From positions 16,051-80,050 of the forward strand of contig WLPU01000005.1 in the NCBI GenBank assembly GCA_009698615.1: a stretch of 64,000 nucleotides of DNA, given 5' to 3'. A program made the translations under genes and the position numbers. Under the pieces are notes generated by a model, which did no database searches, had not been told where the DNA came from, and worked only from the letters and a program-made list of their open reading frames with translations. Positions 19,836 through 30,998 of the stretch are shown here, one piece after another. The DNA comes from Actinomycetota bacterium (GTDB lineage Bacteria; Actinomycetota; Actinomycetes; Nanopelagicales; Nanopelagicaceae). How positions within the stretch are numbered: position 1 is the stretch's first letter; every line of letters begins with the position of its first letter.

Positions 19836-20596
19836 GCACACCATCTGCTCTCTTGGCTGTAGAAAATCTCTCGGTTGACTTTGGAGGCTTGCACGCCCTC
19901 AGCAGAGTTTTTCTAGAACTTCGTCATCAAGAAGTTGTAGGAGTGATTGGTCCAAATGGGGCTGGCAAGACAACACTTTTTAATGCACTCTGCGGTCTTG
20001 TCGCGCCATCATCTGGAGAACTTACTCTTGACGGGAAGGGGCATGAATGGCCAAAGCCTGATCAACTTGTAGATTTTGGAATCGCCCGCACTCTCCAAGG
20101 GGTTGCACTCTTTCCTGACTTGACCGTAGTTGAGAATGTGATGATTGGCGCACATAAGTTTGCGCAGTCTGGGTTTATCTCCGCAGCGTTTGGACTAAGC
20201 AAAGATGAAAGTAAATTACGTGAAAGAGCAATGCTGGCGCTGGAAAGAGTTTATGCCACCGGAATTGCTCATCGTCGCGCAGACACACTTTCATATCCCG
20301 ATACAAAGCGAGTATCTATTGCGCGCGCGTTAGTCACTGAACCTCGAATCTTGATGCTGGATGAGCCAGCTGGTGGATTAGGTGCAGAAGATATTGCCTG
20401 GATGAATGGACTTATTCATAATCTCAAATTGCAATGTTCGGTGTTGCTCGTGGAGCATCATATGGATGTAGTGATGTCTGTATGTGATCGGCTTTATGTT
20501 CTCAATTTTGGTGAAGTCATCGCAAGTGGAGTTGCAGAAAAAGTGCGACGCGACCCAGCAGTAATTGCCGCCTACCTTGGTGCAGGTGTGCCATGA
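19832..20596 (+). CDS. Branched-chain/hydrophobic amino-acid-type ABC ATPase (LivG-like)
   Basis: GPNGAGKTTLFN, LSYPDTKRVSIARAL, LMLDEPAGGL and C-terminal VIAAYLG. GTGA overlap with alr. Confidence 0.85.
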   Translation: MSTPSALLAVENLSVDFGGLHALSRVFLELRHQEVVGVIGPNGAGKTTLFNALCGLVAPSSGELTLDGKGHEWPKPDQLVDFGIARTLQGVALFPDLTVVENVMIGAHKFAQSGFISAAFGLSKDESKLRERAMLALERVYATGIAHRRADTLSYPDTKRVSIARALVTEPRILMLDEPAGGLGAEDIAWMNGLIHNLKLQCSVLLVEHHMDVVMSVCDRLYVLNFGEVIASGVAEKVRRDPAVIAAYLGAGVP

Positions 20597-21303
20597 CTCT
20601 GGTCGTTTCCGATCTGTGTGTTGATCACGGTGCAATTCGCGCGATATCTGGCGTCTGCTTTGAGGTCGGAAAAGGGCAACTAGCAGCCGTTATTGGGGCA
20701 AACGGGGCAGGCAAGACAACTCTATTGCGCACTCTCTCTGGCCTAAAAAGCACTTCTAGCGGAACTGCATTCTGGAACGGGCACGATTTACTTCATGCCA
20801 AACCAGAACAATTGGTGAGACTTGGAATTTCTCATGTCTCTGAGGGTAAGTCAGTAATCCCAGAGTTAACTGTCGAAGAGAATTTAAATTTAGGCGCGCT
20901 CTGGCGAAGCAATGGCGCTGAGGCGCCAGCAACCCTCATCCAAGTTCTTGCAACATTTCCTCGATTGGCTGAGCGGAGATCGCAATTAGCAGACACACTT
21001 TCGGGGGGCGAGCGACAAATGTTGGCAATTGGTCGCGCGCTCATGTCAAAGCCTGAGTTACTGCTTCTTGACGAACCATCCCTTGGTCTTGCTCCACTTG
21101 TGATCGCACAAATTTTTCAAAGTATCCGTGATCTCACATCCGCAATGGGATTAACGGTTGTGTTAGTAGAACAAAATGCAATGAGCGCGCTCAAGATCGC
21201 AGATATAGGGATTGTCCTAAATCTAGGTAGCGTAGTTGTTTCCGACACCGCTAAAAATCTCATAGAAAACCCGCAAGTGCGCGCGGCGTATTTGGGGTAT
21301 TAA
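20593..21303 (+). CDS. LivF-like ABC ATPase
   Basis: GANGAGKTTLLRT, LSGGERQMLAIGRAL, LLLDEPSLGLAP and C-terminal VRAAYLG. Confidence 0.85.
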   Translation: MTLVVSDLCVDHGAIRAISGVCFEVGKGQLAAVIGANGAGKTTLLRTLSGLKSTSSGTAFWNGHDLLHAKPEQLVRLGISHVSEGKSVIPELTVEENLNLGALWRSNGAEAPATLIQVLATFPRLAERRSQLADTLSGGERQMLAIGRALMSKPELLLLDEPSLGLAPLVIAQIFQSIRDLTSAMGLTVVLVEQNAMSALKIADIGIVLNLGSVVVSDTAKNLIENPQVRAAYLGY

Positions 21304-21305
21304 TT

Positions 21306-22214
21306 ATGTATCAATTCATTAATACGGTTCTTAATGGAATTACATCCGGAGCAATCTTTTCTCTCATGGCAATAGCACTTGTACTTGTCTGGCGAAGCAC
21401 CCGAGTGATCAACTTTGCTCAATCTGGAATGGCATTACTCTCAACATATATTGGTTTTGAGTGCATACAGCGATTGCATTCATTTTGGATTGCACTGCCA
21501 CTATCCATGATCGCTGGGGCATTTTTTGCCGCTCTGGTGGATACCTTTTTTATGCGCGTTTTATTTAGGAGAACAGCTGATGGTCCTATATCTGGCGTAG
21601 CGCCGATTATTGCAACCCTTGGATTGCTTGGTCTTATTCGTTCAAGTTTGGGAATGATCGTTGGAAATTCTGATGCGAGTATCCGCCCTCCAGTTTCCAA
21701 TGTGGGCTTTACTGTTTCTGGCCACACACTTGCGTTCTCTCCACTCAAACTCATGACCTTAAGCATGGTTATAGCCTTGATGCTGGGGTTAACGCTTGTT
21801 TTTCAGCGTACGAATTTAGGATTGGCTCTGAGGGCCAGTGCCTATGCACCAGAGATTGCGCGTCTTGCGGGAGTGCGGGTGGATGCGATTCGCACCATTG
21901 GTTGGGCGCTTGCAGGTGCGGCAGGTGCGGCAGCTGGAATGCTCCAAACTCCAAACGGCAACGGCGCACTTGCACCTGATTCATTGGAATTTAATCTTCT
22001 TTTAGTATTTGGATTTATTGCAGCGGTGATCGGTGGCCTTGAAAGTTTGGTCGGTGCAGTCGTCGGAGGATTAGTTTTAGGTTTATTTCTGGCTTTCATT
22101 CAATATTATGTGAGCGGTTCGTTAGTGTTTATCGCAGCATTTTGCATACTTATAATCGTTCTTCTTCTCAAGCCAAAAGGCCTTTTAGGTTCTAAGGCAG
22201 GTCGCCGTGCATAA
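21306..22214 (+). CDS. LivH-like ABC permease
   Basis: 302-aa multi-TM protein in the Liv operon context. Confidence 0.85.
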   Translation: MYQFINTVLNGITSGAIFSLMAIALVLVWRSTRVINFAQSGMALLSTYIGFECIQRLHSFWIALPLSMIAGAFFAALVDTFFMRVLFRRTADGPISGVAPIIATLGLLGLIRSSLGMIVGNSDASIRPPVSNVGFTVSGHTLAFSPLKLMTLSMVIALMLGLTLVFQRTNLGLALRASAYAPEIARLAGVRVDAIRTIGWALAGAAGAAAGMLQTPNGNGALAPDSLEFNLLLVFGFIAAVIGGLESLVGAVVGGLVLGLFLAFIQYYVSGSLVFIAAFCILIIVLLLKPKGLLGSKAGRRA

Positions 22215-23208
22215 AATACTTCACACCAATCTTGGCAGAGCGCTATTTTTTACGGCTTTGGGCTTTGGATTATTCCTAGCAAGTAATCGCATAGATGAAT
22301 TGCGGGTCTACCAGGGTGCAACTTTGGCAATGTTTGTTGTTGCAATTTCGTCATTGATTTTGTTAACTGGATATTCTGGCCAGGTATCACTCGGGCATGG
22401 TGCGATAATGGCAATTGGAGCCTACGCCGCGGCACTTGCGCGAATACATTGGGGACTTCCGGTCTGGCTATGTTTTAGTGCAGCTGTTGTCGTTGCTGCA
22501 TTCGCTGGTGCCGTTTTAGGAACCGCAGCGGCGCGACTATCGGGTCCGTACTTAGCTGGTACAACATTGGCTCTTGCAGTGGGTTTGCCATCCATTGCCA
22601 ACCAATTCCATGTCTTAGGTGGAGAGCAAGGATTACTTTTTGACATTGGTCAGCCACCATCGTGGTTAGGTGCTGATTTCACTTCTTATAAGTGGTATTT
22701 CTGGATTGGTTCATCTGCGTGCCTCATTACACTGTGGTGGCTTCAAAATATTTTGCGTTCCCGATACGGTCGTACGTGGCGGGCTGTGCGAGGTAACGAG
22801 GTTGCAGCCCAGCTCTGTGGAATCCATGCTGGAAAATCTAAGACGCTCGCATTTAGCGTGAGCTCTGGCTTAGCTGGCCTGGCTGGAGCCTTGCTGGCTA
22901 TGACAATCAGCACCGTTTCCCCGAGTGCCTTCCCTCTTTCACTCTCTTTTACGCTCCTGACAGGGGCGGTTCTGAGTGGCATAACTACCCTTCCAGGCGT
23001 CATTATTGGCGCAGTGACCTTGGTGGCGACTCCCGAGATTGCCGATGCGATCTCCCAACGCATGGCTAACTCCGAGAGCGTGACCACGAACTTACCTGGA
23101 TTATTGGTGAGCGCATTATTGATTCTGGTGGTTCTCTTCGTCCCGAACGGACCAGTGGAACAGATGCGAATGTTTCGCGTGAAAGCGCGATCTCACACCA
23201 AGAACTAG
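22207..23208 (+). CDS. LivM-like ABC permease
   Basis: 333-aa multi-TM protein containing GYSGQVSLGHGA. 8-nt overlap with the previous gene. Confidence 0.85.
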   Translation: MHKILHTNLGRALFFTALGFGLFLASNRIDELRVYQGATLAMFVVAISSLILLTGYSGQVSLGHGAIMAIGAYAAALARIHWGLPVWLCFSAAVVVAAFAGAVLGTAAARLSGPYLAGTTLALAVGLPSIANQFHVLGGEQGLLFDIGQPPSWLGADFTSYKWYFWIGSSACLITLWWLQNILRSRYGRTWRAVRGNEVAAQLCGIHAGKSKTLAFSVSSGLAGLAGALLAMTISTVSPSAFPLSLSFTLLTGAVLSGITTLPGVIIGAVTLVATPEIADAISQRMANSESVTTNLPGLLVSALLILVVLFVPNGPVEQMRMFRVKARSHTKN

Positions 23209-23210
23209 GT

Positions 23211-23232
23211 ACTCATTAGCAAGCTAATGAGT
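23211..23232 (+). promoter_or_regulatory. Intercistronic inverted repeat between permease and binding-protein genes
   Basis: ACTCATTAGC-AA-GCTAATGAGT, a perfect 10-bp inverted repeat starting 3 nt after the livM-like stop. No T-run follows. Confidence 0.5.
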
Positions 23233-23264
23233 AAGCACCACACACCCTCGATGGAAGGAAATAC

Positions 23265-24575
23265 ATGATCAGAATGAATCGTCGGAAGCTTTTTGTAGCC
23301 TCTGCCGTAATCGCAGTCGGAAGCATGGCTGTTGCCGCAGTTCCGGCTCAGGCATTTGCACCCCATAGAGCTGAAATTGGCGTGAGCGCCTCTTCTATAA
23401 AGCTAGGCATCTCTGTCCCCATGACAGGCATTGCTTCACCTGGATATAACAAGATTCCTGGAGCAATGAAGGCTTACTTTGATTACGTCAATGCCAACGG
23501 TGGAGTCAACGGTCGTAAGATCTCACTTGTTATTAAAGATGACCAATATATTCCTACTCTGGCGGTAGCCAAAGCTAACGAACTCATCCTCAAAGACAAG
23601 GTATTTGCACTACTTGGCACGTTAGGAACTGCAAGCAATAAAGCCATTGCTTCTTCAGTTCAATTAGCAAAGCGCGGCGTTCCTGCATTATTTGTGAACA
23701 CCGGATTCAGCGGATTTGCCGATAAGTCCAAGTACCCAACTACGTTTTCGATTCTTCCTTCCTATCAAATGGAAGCAAAGATCATGTCTCAATATATAAA
23801 AGAAAATTATGCTGGCAAGAAACTTGGACTCATCTATCAAGACGATGATTTCGGTGTCGATGCACTCGCTGGCTTCAAGCAAGGCGGAGTGAACTTTGAC
23901 GTCAAAGTTCCTTATGCTTCTGGCTCACAAGGTGTAGCCGGAACTGCCGCTGGATGGATTCAGAAGTTGCAAGCTGGTGGCGCTGAAGTAGTAGTTCTCT
24001 TCGGTGTCTCGAGCGCTACGACAGCAGCTCTGGGCAATGCTTATGCCCTCAAGTATGCGCCGCAGTGGCTTCTTGGCTCAGTTGGTGGAGATGCAACAAC
24101 AATTGCTTCAGCCAAAGTTGTCCCGGTTGCCCTCATGCGTGGCTCCAAAGGCTTCTCATTTGCCCCCGCTCCTACAGATACCGCTGATGAGTACATCAAG
24201 ATGTTCCAAGATGTAAACACGACCTACAACAAGGGTGTTGCATTTGATAACAACATTGTTGCAGGAATGACTTCAGCATTTATTACAGTGCAAGCACTCC
24301 AAGCTGCTGGTGCAAATTTGACTCGAAAGAGTTTGATGGATGCCATTGAAACAAAAGGTTCGACTTTTGCTAGTCCAACTTTGACGCCGCTTGGATACTC
24401 CACAACAAGCCATGTCGGTGCAACCGGTTATTGGATCGGAACATATGACGCAACTGGATCACTCAAGCCAGATGGTGGCGCATACACCGTTTACACCACT
24501 GATTCCGGAAGCGGAGCAGTTGTGAAATCAACTTACAAGCGGGCACCAATGCCAGCGAAGGGATTACCAAACTAA
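23265..24575 (+). CDS. Liv-type (Peripla_BP_6-like) ABC substrate-binding protein, secreted
   Basis: 436 aa. Signal peptide MNRRKLFVASAVIAVGSMAVAAVPAQA. Last gene of the liv-like transporter set. Confidence 0.85.
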   Translation: MIRMNRRKLFVASAVIAVGSMAVAAVPAQAFAPHRAEIGVSASSIKLGISVPMTGIASPGYNKIPGAMKAYFDYVNANGGVNGRKISLVIKDDQYIPTLAVAKANELILKDKVFALLGTLGTASNKAIASSVQLAKRGVPALFVNTGFSGFADKSKYPTTFSILPSYQMEAKIMSQYIKENYAGKKLGLIYQDDDFGVDALAGFKQGGVNFDVKVPYASGSQGVAGTAAGWIQKLQAGGAEVVVLFGVSSATTAALGNAYALKYAPQWLLGSVGGDATTIASAKVVPVALMRGSKGFSFAPAPTDTADEYIKMFQDVNTTYNKGVAFDNNIVAGMTSAFITVQALQAAGANLTRKSLMDAIETKGSTFASPTLTPLGYSTTSHVGATGYWIGTYDATGSLKPDGGAYTVYTTDSGSGAVVKSTYKRAPMPAKGLPN

Positions 24576-26212
24576 TGAGAACTTCAATGAAGAAATCAAG
24601 ATTCCTTGCTTTCCTATCGGCAGCTGCACTTGTAACGACCGTTCTTGCAGTGATTCCGGTTTCTGCGAACGCTGCAGAGCCACTATGTGATGGCAAGCTT
24701 GCTGTTAATTCATGCAAAGGTCTCACCAGCGATGGCGCTCCTTATGCAATGCAAGTTCCTGGCAATTTCAATGGCACAGTTCTTATCTGGAGCCACGGAA
24801 TTCGTCCCAACGTTCCAATCCCTGCGGCCATTCCTAAATTGGGTGGGTATGTTGTTACAAACACTCCAGAAACTGCTGCAGGACAATCCGGTGGCAGCAT
24901 GGTTGTGACCGGCACACTTCTTGCTAAGGGCTATGCACTAATGGGATCGGGCTTTTCGCGTCAAGGTGTCAACATCATGGAAGGCGTTGCAACCAACGTC
25001 GAGCTCATTGGCATCTTCAAAAAGCAATTCCCAACAACTAAAAAAGTAATCGCTTGGGGAGAATCCTTGGGTGCAATAACCACTCAGGTTCTGGCTGAAC
25101 AGCATCCAGAGCTCATTACTGCAGCTGGTTTAACGTGCACTGCAGTAACTGATCCATTAGCACTTGCTTCATACTTCGGAGATTTCCTCTGGGGATTCAA
25201 AACCTTCTTCGATCCAACAATTAAGGGCTTTGGATACTCTGCTGGTGTTGCCGGATATGCAGAAGAGATGGGCGATCTAGGAAAATTCTGGATCGCACTA
25301 GGCAAGTTGCAAGCTGGTCTTGTCAGCGGAGAATGGCCAGATACATCATCTCCTGCAGGTAAAGCACTTGAGGCTGCAAAGATTCCATCACGTAGCGCTC
25401 TCTTGCTCGTTGGTCTGATGGCTGGCGTACCAACAAGAAGTGCTCACATTGACGGCGTCTCAGGTCCAAAGGGATCTGAAGAACTTTTCCCATTGGCAAT
25501 TGCACCAGCACTTGCAGTATTGGAAAACGCTGGAACCGTTGCATCTGCCGCAATTTTGTTGATGGCAGATGGTGAACAACAAACAGGTGGAATCGTCTTT
25601 GATAATACAAAGACTGACTATGCAGCTCGCATTGGAGATGCACGCGATGTATTTACTATGGGGCTCAGTGGCAATACAGCACTGAACGCCATGCTCGGAA
25701 TCGTTGCAGCTTCACCTCGTGTTACTGGGCTACCTGCGGCAGTTGCCAAGATGAGTGCACTGCTTCCTGTAACTGGCAAGATCAAGGTTCCAACTGTGCA
25801 ACTTTCTGGAGTCGCTGATCAATACACACCATCGGGCATCGCTCAGTGGTTGTCGGACAAGAATGCCGCTGCTATTAATGCAGCAAAGGCAGTCTTGGCG
25901 AAGAAGTATGGTTCAACCCATAGCTACGCGGCGCCAGTAAATAACTTGGTCACCGTGTGGAGCACTTCTCCTGCCAAATACACCACCTTCGATGCAACTG
26001 GGACACCAGTTCTATCAACACCTGGTGCGCTAGGTGCAGGTCACTGTGTCTACACACCAGCACAACATCTTGCTGTTGCCAATCTCTTGATTGGCGCAAG
26101 CAGTTCCGGCACATTGTTATCAGGTGGAGCACTAGCCACCTTGGTGCGCAAAGCTGGCGGTCTCTCGGTTGATCCTAAATTCAAGGCACCAACCTTGAAG
26201 TACTTTGGATAA
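24575..26212 (+). CDS. Secreted alpha/beta-hydrolase-fold protein, function unknown
   Basis: Signal peptide ending VSANA. Candidate oxyanion HG (LIWSHG), nucleophile elbow GESLG, Asp (SGVADQ) and His (GAGHC), with a long insertion between Ser and Asp. TAATG overlap with the binding-protein gene. Confidence 0.6.
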   Translation: MRTSMKKSRFLAFLSAAALVTTVLAVIPVSANAAEPLCDGKLAVNSCKGLTSDGAPYAMQVPGNFNGTVLIWSHGIRPNVPIPAAIPKLGGYVVTNTPETAAGQSGGSMVVTGTLLAKGYALMGSGFSRQGVNIMEGVATNVELIGIFKKQFPTTKKVIAWGESLGAITTQVLAEQHPELITAAGLTCTAVTDPLALASYFGDFLWGFKTFFDPTIKGFGYSAGVAGYAEEMGDLGKFWIALGKLQAGLVSGEWPDTSSPAGKALEAAKIPSRSALLLVGLMAGVPTRSAHIDGVSGPKGSEELFPLAIAPALAVLENAGTVASAAILLMADGEQQTGGIVFDNTKTDYAARIGDARDVFTMGLSGNTALNAMLGIVAASPRVTGLPAAVAKMSALLPVTGKIKVPTVQLSGVADQYTPSGIAQWLSDKNAAAINAAKAVLAKKYGSTHSYAAPVNNLVTVWSTSPAKYTTFDATGTPVLSTPGALGAGHCVYTPAQHLAVANLLIGASSSGTLLSGGALATLVRKAGGLSVDPKFKAPTLKYFG

Positions 26213-26225
26213 ATCACCTTCGTAA

Positions 26226-26265
26226 GTGCGGGGGCTTGGAGAAATCCAAGCCCCCGCACTTTTTT
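26226..26265 (+). terminator. Rho-independent terminator
   Basis: GTGCGGGGGCTTGG-AGAAAT-CCAAGCCCCCGCAC, a perfect 14-bp stem followed by TTTTTT. Confidence 0.85.
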
Positions 26266-26301
26266 GTGCCTTTAATACAACCATCTACTAACCTTGAGTA
26301 C

Positions 26302-26742
26302 ATGCCCAAGATTGCGACCCCTCAAGAGATGTTTGCGCTGGGTCAACGCATCGGCAATCAATTAAAAGTAGGAGATTTACTGCTTCTCAACGGTGCTTTG
26401 GGTGCTGGAAAGACTCTACTAACTCAGGGCATTGGCAAGAGTTTAGGAATTGATGGCATCACATCTCCCACATTTGTGATCTCTCGAATTCACAAAGGGC
26501 CAATGCCACTCATTCATGTGGATGCCTATCGCCTCCTGGATACCGAAAATCCGAATCTTTCCTTAGATGATCTGGACCTGGATACTGAACGCGAAAGAGC
26601 GATCACAATTATTGAATGGGGTGGAGTCGAATCGGCACGGTTATCGGATGAACGCCTCGAGATAACTATTGATCGCACAGATGAGATACGAGAGGTGAGT
26701 TTTGTCAGCTTCGGTCCGCGATGGGATGAGTTTTCATTGTGA
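26302..26742 (+). CDS. tsaE: tRNA t6A37 biosynthesis ATPase TsaE
   Basis: P-loop GALGAGKTLLTQG and HVDAYRL motif. The track start at 26236 lies inside the terminator hairpin, so ATG 26302 (MPKIATPQEM) is preferred. Confidence 0.85.
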   Translation: MPKIATPQEMFALGQRIGNQLKVGDLLLLNGALGAGKTLLTQGIGKSLGIDGITSPTFVISRIHKGPMPLIHVDAYRLLDTENPNLSLDDLDLDTERERAITIIEWGGVESARLSDERLEITIDRTDEIREVSFVSFGPRWDEFSL

Positions 26743-27338
26743 GCATCTGTCTTGCAATAGATACTTCAACGTCGCGTACATCGGTTGGACTTGTTGAAGA
26801 TGGTGCATTGCTCTGGCATGGATTTCAAGATGGTGCAACTGCACATGGATCCGCACTTCCACAGTTGGTATCACAAGGATTAGCCCAACAATCAAAGGTT
26901 GATCAGGTAGTTGTTGGTATGGGTCCCGGGCCATACACCGGTCTTCGAGTAGGCATTGCCTTTGCCATAAGTTTTGGCCGCGCACGAGGGATTCCTGTCA
27001 CTGGAATTTGCTCCCTCGATGCAATTGCTGCATTGATTCATGAGGATGACTTTGTTGTTGCAACCGATGCTAGACGAAAGGAAATCTACTGGGCGCGCTA
27101 CATCAATGGAGTGCGGACCGAAGGTCCATCTGTTGATCTTCCAAAGTTTGTGGCAGCAATTGGCGTTTCGGCATTTGGCGAAGGATCTTTCAAGTATCAA
27201 CTCACTACCAATGAAGAGTTTCTCTTTCCTGATATGGCCTCATTGGTCGAGTTGAGCAAGAACTCTGATAACAAAATCAACGAGGCGATGTATTTGCGTC
27301 GCCCGGACGCTGTACCAACAAGTGAACGCACACAATGA
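26739..27338 (+). CDS. tsaB: tRNA t6A37 biosynthesis protein TsaB
   Basis: LAIDTSTS... and GPGPYTGLRVG motifs. Conserved tsaE-tsaB-rimI-tsaD order. Confidence 0.85.
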   Translation: MSICLAIDTSTSRTSVGLVEDGALLWHGFQDGATAHGSALPQLVSQGLAQQSKVDQVVVGMGPGPYTGLRVGIAFAISFGRARGIPVTGICSLDAIAALIHEDDFVVATDARRKEIYWARYINGVRTEGPSVDLPKFVAAIGVSAFGEGSFKYQLTTNEEFLFPDMASLVELSKNSDNKINEAMYLRRPDAVPTSERTQ

Positions 27339-27790
27339 CTTCATATCGAGATATGACTGCATTTGATATTCCCTTGATCGCAAGTCTGGAGCGCGCGATT
27401 TATCCCAACGATGCGTGGTCAAGTGCGCAATTCAAGGAAGAACTCGCTGGAGTTCCCGCCAATCGCTACTACCGAGTGGCCCTTGATGATGAGGGAACGA
27501 TTGTTGGCTATGCGGGAATATTTACTCCTGATCAAGGCATTGATGCAGACATTCACACCCTTACCGTCTCTCCTGACCATCGGCGCAAAGGCATTGGTCG
27601 AGCATTACTCGAGGAGATGATCGCCTGGGCAAAGCAGCGTCAAGCACCTGTAGTTTTTCTTGAAGTCCGTGAAGGAAACGATGAAGCAGCGCCCCTTTAT
27701 ATTTCTTCAGGATTTAGTGCCATATCTCGGCGCAATGATTATTACGGCACCGGGGTGCATGCAGTTGTAATGAAAAAGGATTTGTTATGA
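27335..27790 (+). CDS. rimI: Ribosomal-protein-alanine N-acetyltransferase (GNAT)
   Basis: GNAT acetyl-CoA motif [12 protein letters not shown]. Conserved position. Confidence 0.8.
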   Translation: MTSYRDMTAFDIPLIASLERAIYPNDAWSSAQFKEELAGVPANRYYRVALDDEGTIVGYAGIFTPDQGIDADIHTLTVSPDHRRKGIGRALLEEMIAWAKQRQAPVVFLEVREGNDEAAPLYISSGFSAISRRNDYYGTGVHAVVMKKDLL

Positions 27791-28824
27791 GCGCACAACC
27801 TCTCGTACTTGGCATTGAGACTTCTTGCGATGAAACTGCAATTGGAATTGTTCGTGGGCGCACACTTCTTGCCAACGTCATCGCATCGAGCGTGGATGAG
27901 CATGCGCGATTTGGGGGTGTAGTTCCGGAAATTGCTAGCCGTGCGCACTTAGAGGCGATGTTGCCAATGTTGGATCAAGCGCTCTTGCAGGCAAAAGTTT
28001 CTCTCAAAGATCTTGATGCAGTTTCAGTGACGGCAGGTCCAGGATTAGTGGGAGCTCTTTTGGTTGGAGTTGCATCAGCAAGCGGGCTTGCACTTGGTCT
28101 AGGTAAACCACTGTATGGAGTTAACCACTTGGCAGCTCACGTCTCGGTGGATTTACTTACTCATGCTAATGCAATCGAACCAACTATCGCATTGCTCGTC
28201 AGCGGTGGACACTCATCACTTTTGCAAGTTGATGACATTACATCCAGTGTTGTCAAGCTTGGCGAAAGTATGGATGATGCGGCAGGGGAAGCGTTTGATA
28301 AAATTGCCCGAGTAATGGGTCTAGGTTTTCCTGGCGGTCCTGCTATTGATCGCGAATCCAACAACGGAAACTCGACTGCAATAGATTTTCCACGCGGCTT
28401 GACTCAATCGCAGGATTGGCGAGAGCGACCTTTTGATTTTTCATTCTCTGGATTGAAAACTGCAGTTGCTCGCTATTTAGAAGCAACTCCTGATTATGTT
28501 CGAGCAGATGTTGCGGCCTCTTTTCAAGAAGCAATCGTTGATGTCTTACTTCAAAAGGCTCTGTTGGCATGCAAGAAAAGTGGCATCGATTCCCTTGTGA
28601 TCGCTGGAGGTGTGGCTGCTAATTCACGCCTTCGCCACGTTGCCCAAGAGCGCTGCGATGGGGCAAAGATTCGACTTCGTATTCCGGCGCCAGCCCTTTG
28701 CACCGACAACGGGGCAATGGTGGCCGCCCTTGGCTCGCTCATGGCTGCAGCAGGGCGCCCAGCCAGCACGATCGGCATCGATGCAGATTCCAGCTTGAGC
28801 GTCACGTGTGTGAGCGTGGCATAG
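27787..28824 (+). CDS. tsaD: tRNA N6-adenosine threonylcarbamoyltransferase
   Basis: [18 protein letters not shown] and GGVAANS motifs, 345 aa. Confidence 0.93.
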   Translation: MSAQPLVLGIETSCDETAIGIVRGRTLLANVIASSVDEHARFGGVVPEIASRAHLEAMLPMLDQALLQAKVSLKDLDAVSVTAGPGLVGALLVGVASASGLALGLGKPLYGVNHLAAHVSVDLLTHANAIEPTIALLVSGGHSSLLQVDDITSSVVKLGESMDDAAGEAFDKIARVMGLGFPGGPAIDRESNNGNSTAIDFPRGLTQSQDWRERPFDFSFSGLKTAVARYLEATPDYVRADVAASFQEAIVDVLLQKALLACKKSGIDSLVIAGGVAANSRLRHVAQERCDGAKIRLRIPAPALCTDNGAMVAALGSLMAAAGRPASTIGIDADSSLSVTCVSVA

Positions 28825-28831
28825 TCTCAAA

Positions 28832-28860
28832 TTGACCCAAGCCAGCCTGCCTTCTAGGCT
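28832..28860 (+). promoter_or_regulatory. Candidate groES promoter
   Basis: TTGACC (28832-28837), 17-nt spacer, TAGGCT (28855-28860), immediately upstream of the CIRCE element. Confidence 0.45.
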
Positions 28861-28865
28861 TGGCG

Positions 28866-28892
28866 TTAGCACTCAAGGTGCGAGTGTGCTAA
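28866..28892 (+). promoter_or_regulatory. CIRCE (HrcA operator) inverted repeat
   Basis: TTAGCACTC-N9-GTGTGCTAA against consensus TTAGCACTC-N9-GAGTGCTAA (one mismatch), 73 nt upstream of groES. Confidence 0.8.
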
Positions 28893-28964
28893 TTCGCACC
28901 TCTTGAGGAGAAGTTCCACCCAGGTTCCACTTCATAGTTCTACAACTCACGAAGGAGTCAACAC

Positions 28965-29261
28965 ATGGCCGTAGCCATTAAGCCACTAGAAGATCGCATT
29001 GTTGTTAAGGCCAATGAGGCTGAAACAACAACTGCCTCAGGTCTTGTTATCCCTGATACAGCTAAAGAAAAGCCACAAGAGGGCACTGTTATTGCAGTAG
29101 GTCCAGGTCGCTTTGATGATGGCGTTCGCGTTCCTATGGATGTCAAAGTCGGCGACGTAGTTTTGTACAGCAAGTACGGCGGGACTGAAGTGAAGTACAA
29201 CAACGAGGAGTACCTAGTTCTCTCAGCGCGCGACATTCTCGCCGTGATTGAGAAGAAGTAA
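28965..29261 (+). CDS. groES: Co-chaperonin GroES
   Basis: [40 protein letters not shown], 98 aa. Confidence 0.97.
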   Translation: MAVAIKPLEDRIVVKANEAETTTASGLVIPDTAKEKPQEGTVIAVGPGRFDDGVRVPMDVKVGDVVLYSKYGGTEVKYNNEEYLVLSARDILAVIEKK

Positions 29262-30896
<1,635 letters not shown>

Positions 30897-30911
30897 TTTC
30901 ATTAATGAGAA

Positions 30912-30946
30912 GCGGGTCTTGCATCACGCAAGGCCCGTTTTTCTTT
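30912..30946 (+). terminator. Rho-independent terminator after groEL
   Basis: GCGGGTCTTGC-ATCAC-GCAAGGCCCG (one G-U pair) followed by TTTTTCTTT. Confidence 0.7.
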
Positions 30947-30998
30947 GCTTTCAAGCGTGCGAATGGTAAGTACTGAGATAAGCAGGTAAATTTCATAC

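Noticed and set aside
21890-21935. Short tandem repeat GCAGGTGCG-GCAGGTGCG inside the LivH-like gene
   Set aside because: It encodes an Ala/Gly-rich TM segment (AGAAGAAAG). It is ordinary low-complexity coding sequence, not a structural repeat.
26236-26301. Track start of tsaE at 26236
   Set aside because: That start lies inside the 14-bp terminator stem of the upstream operon and adds a non-conserved 22-aa extension. ATG 26302 is preferred.
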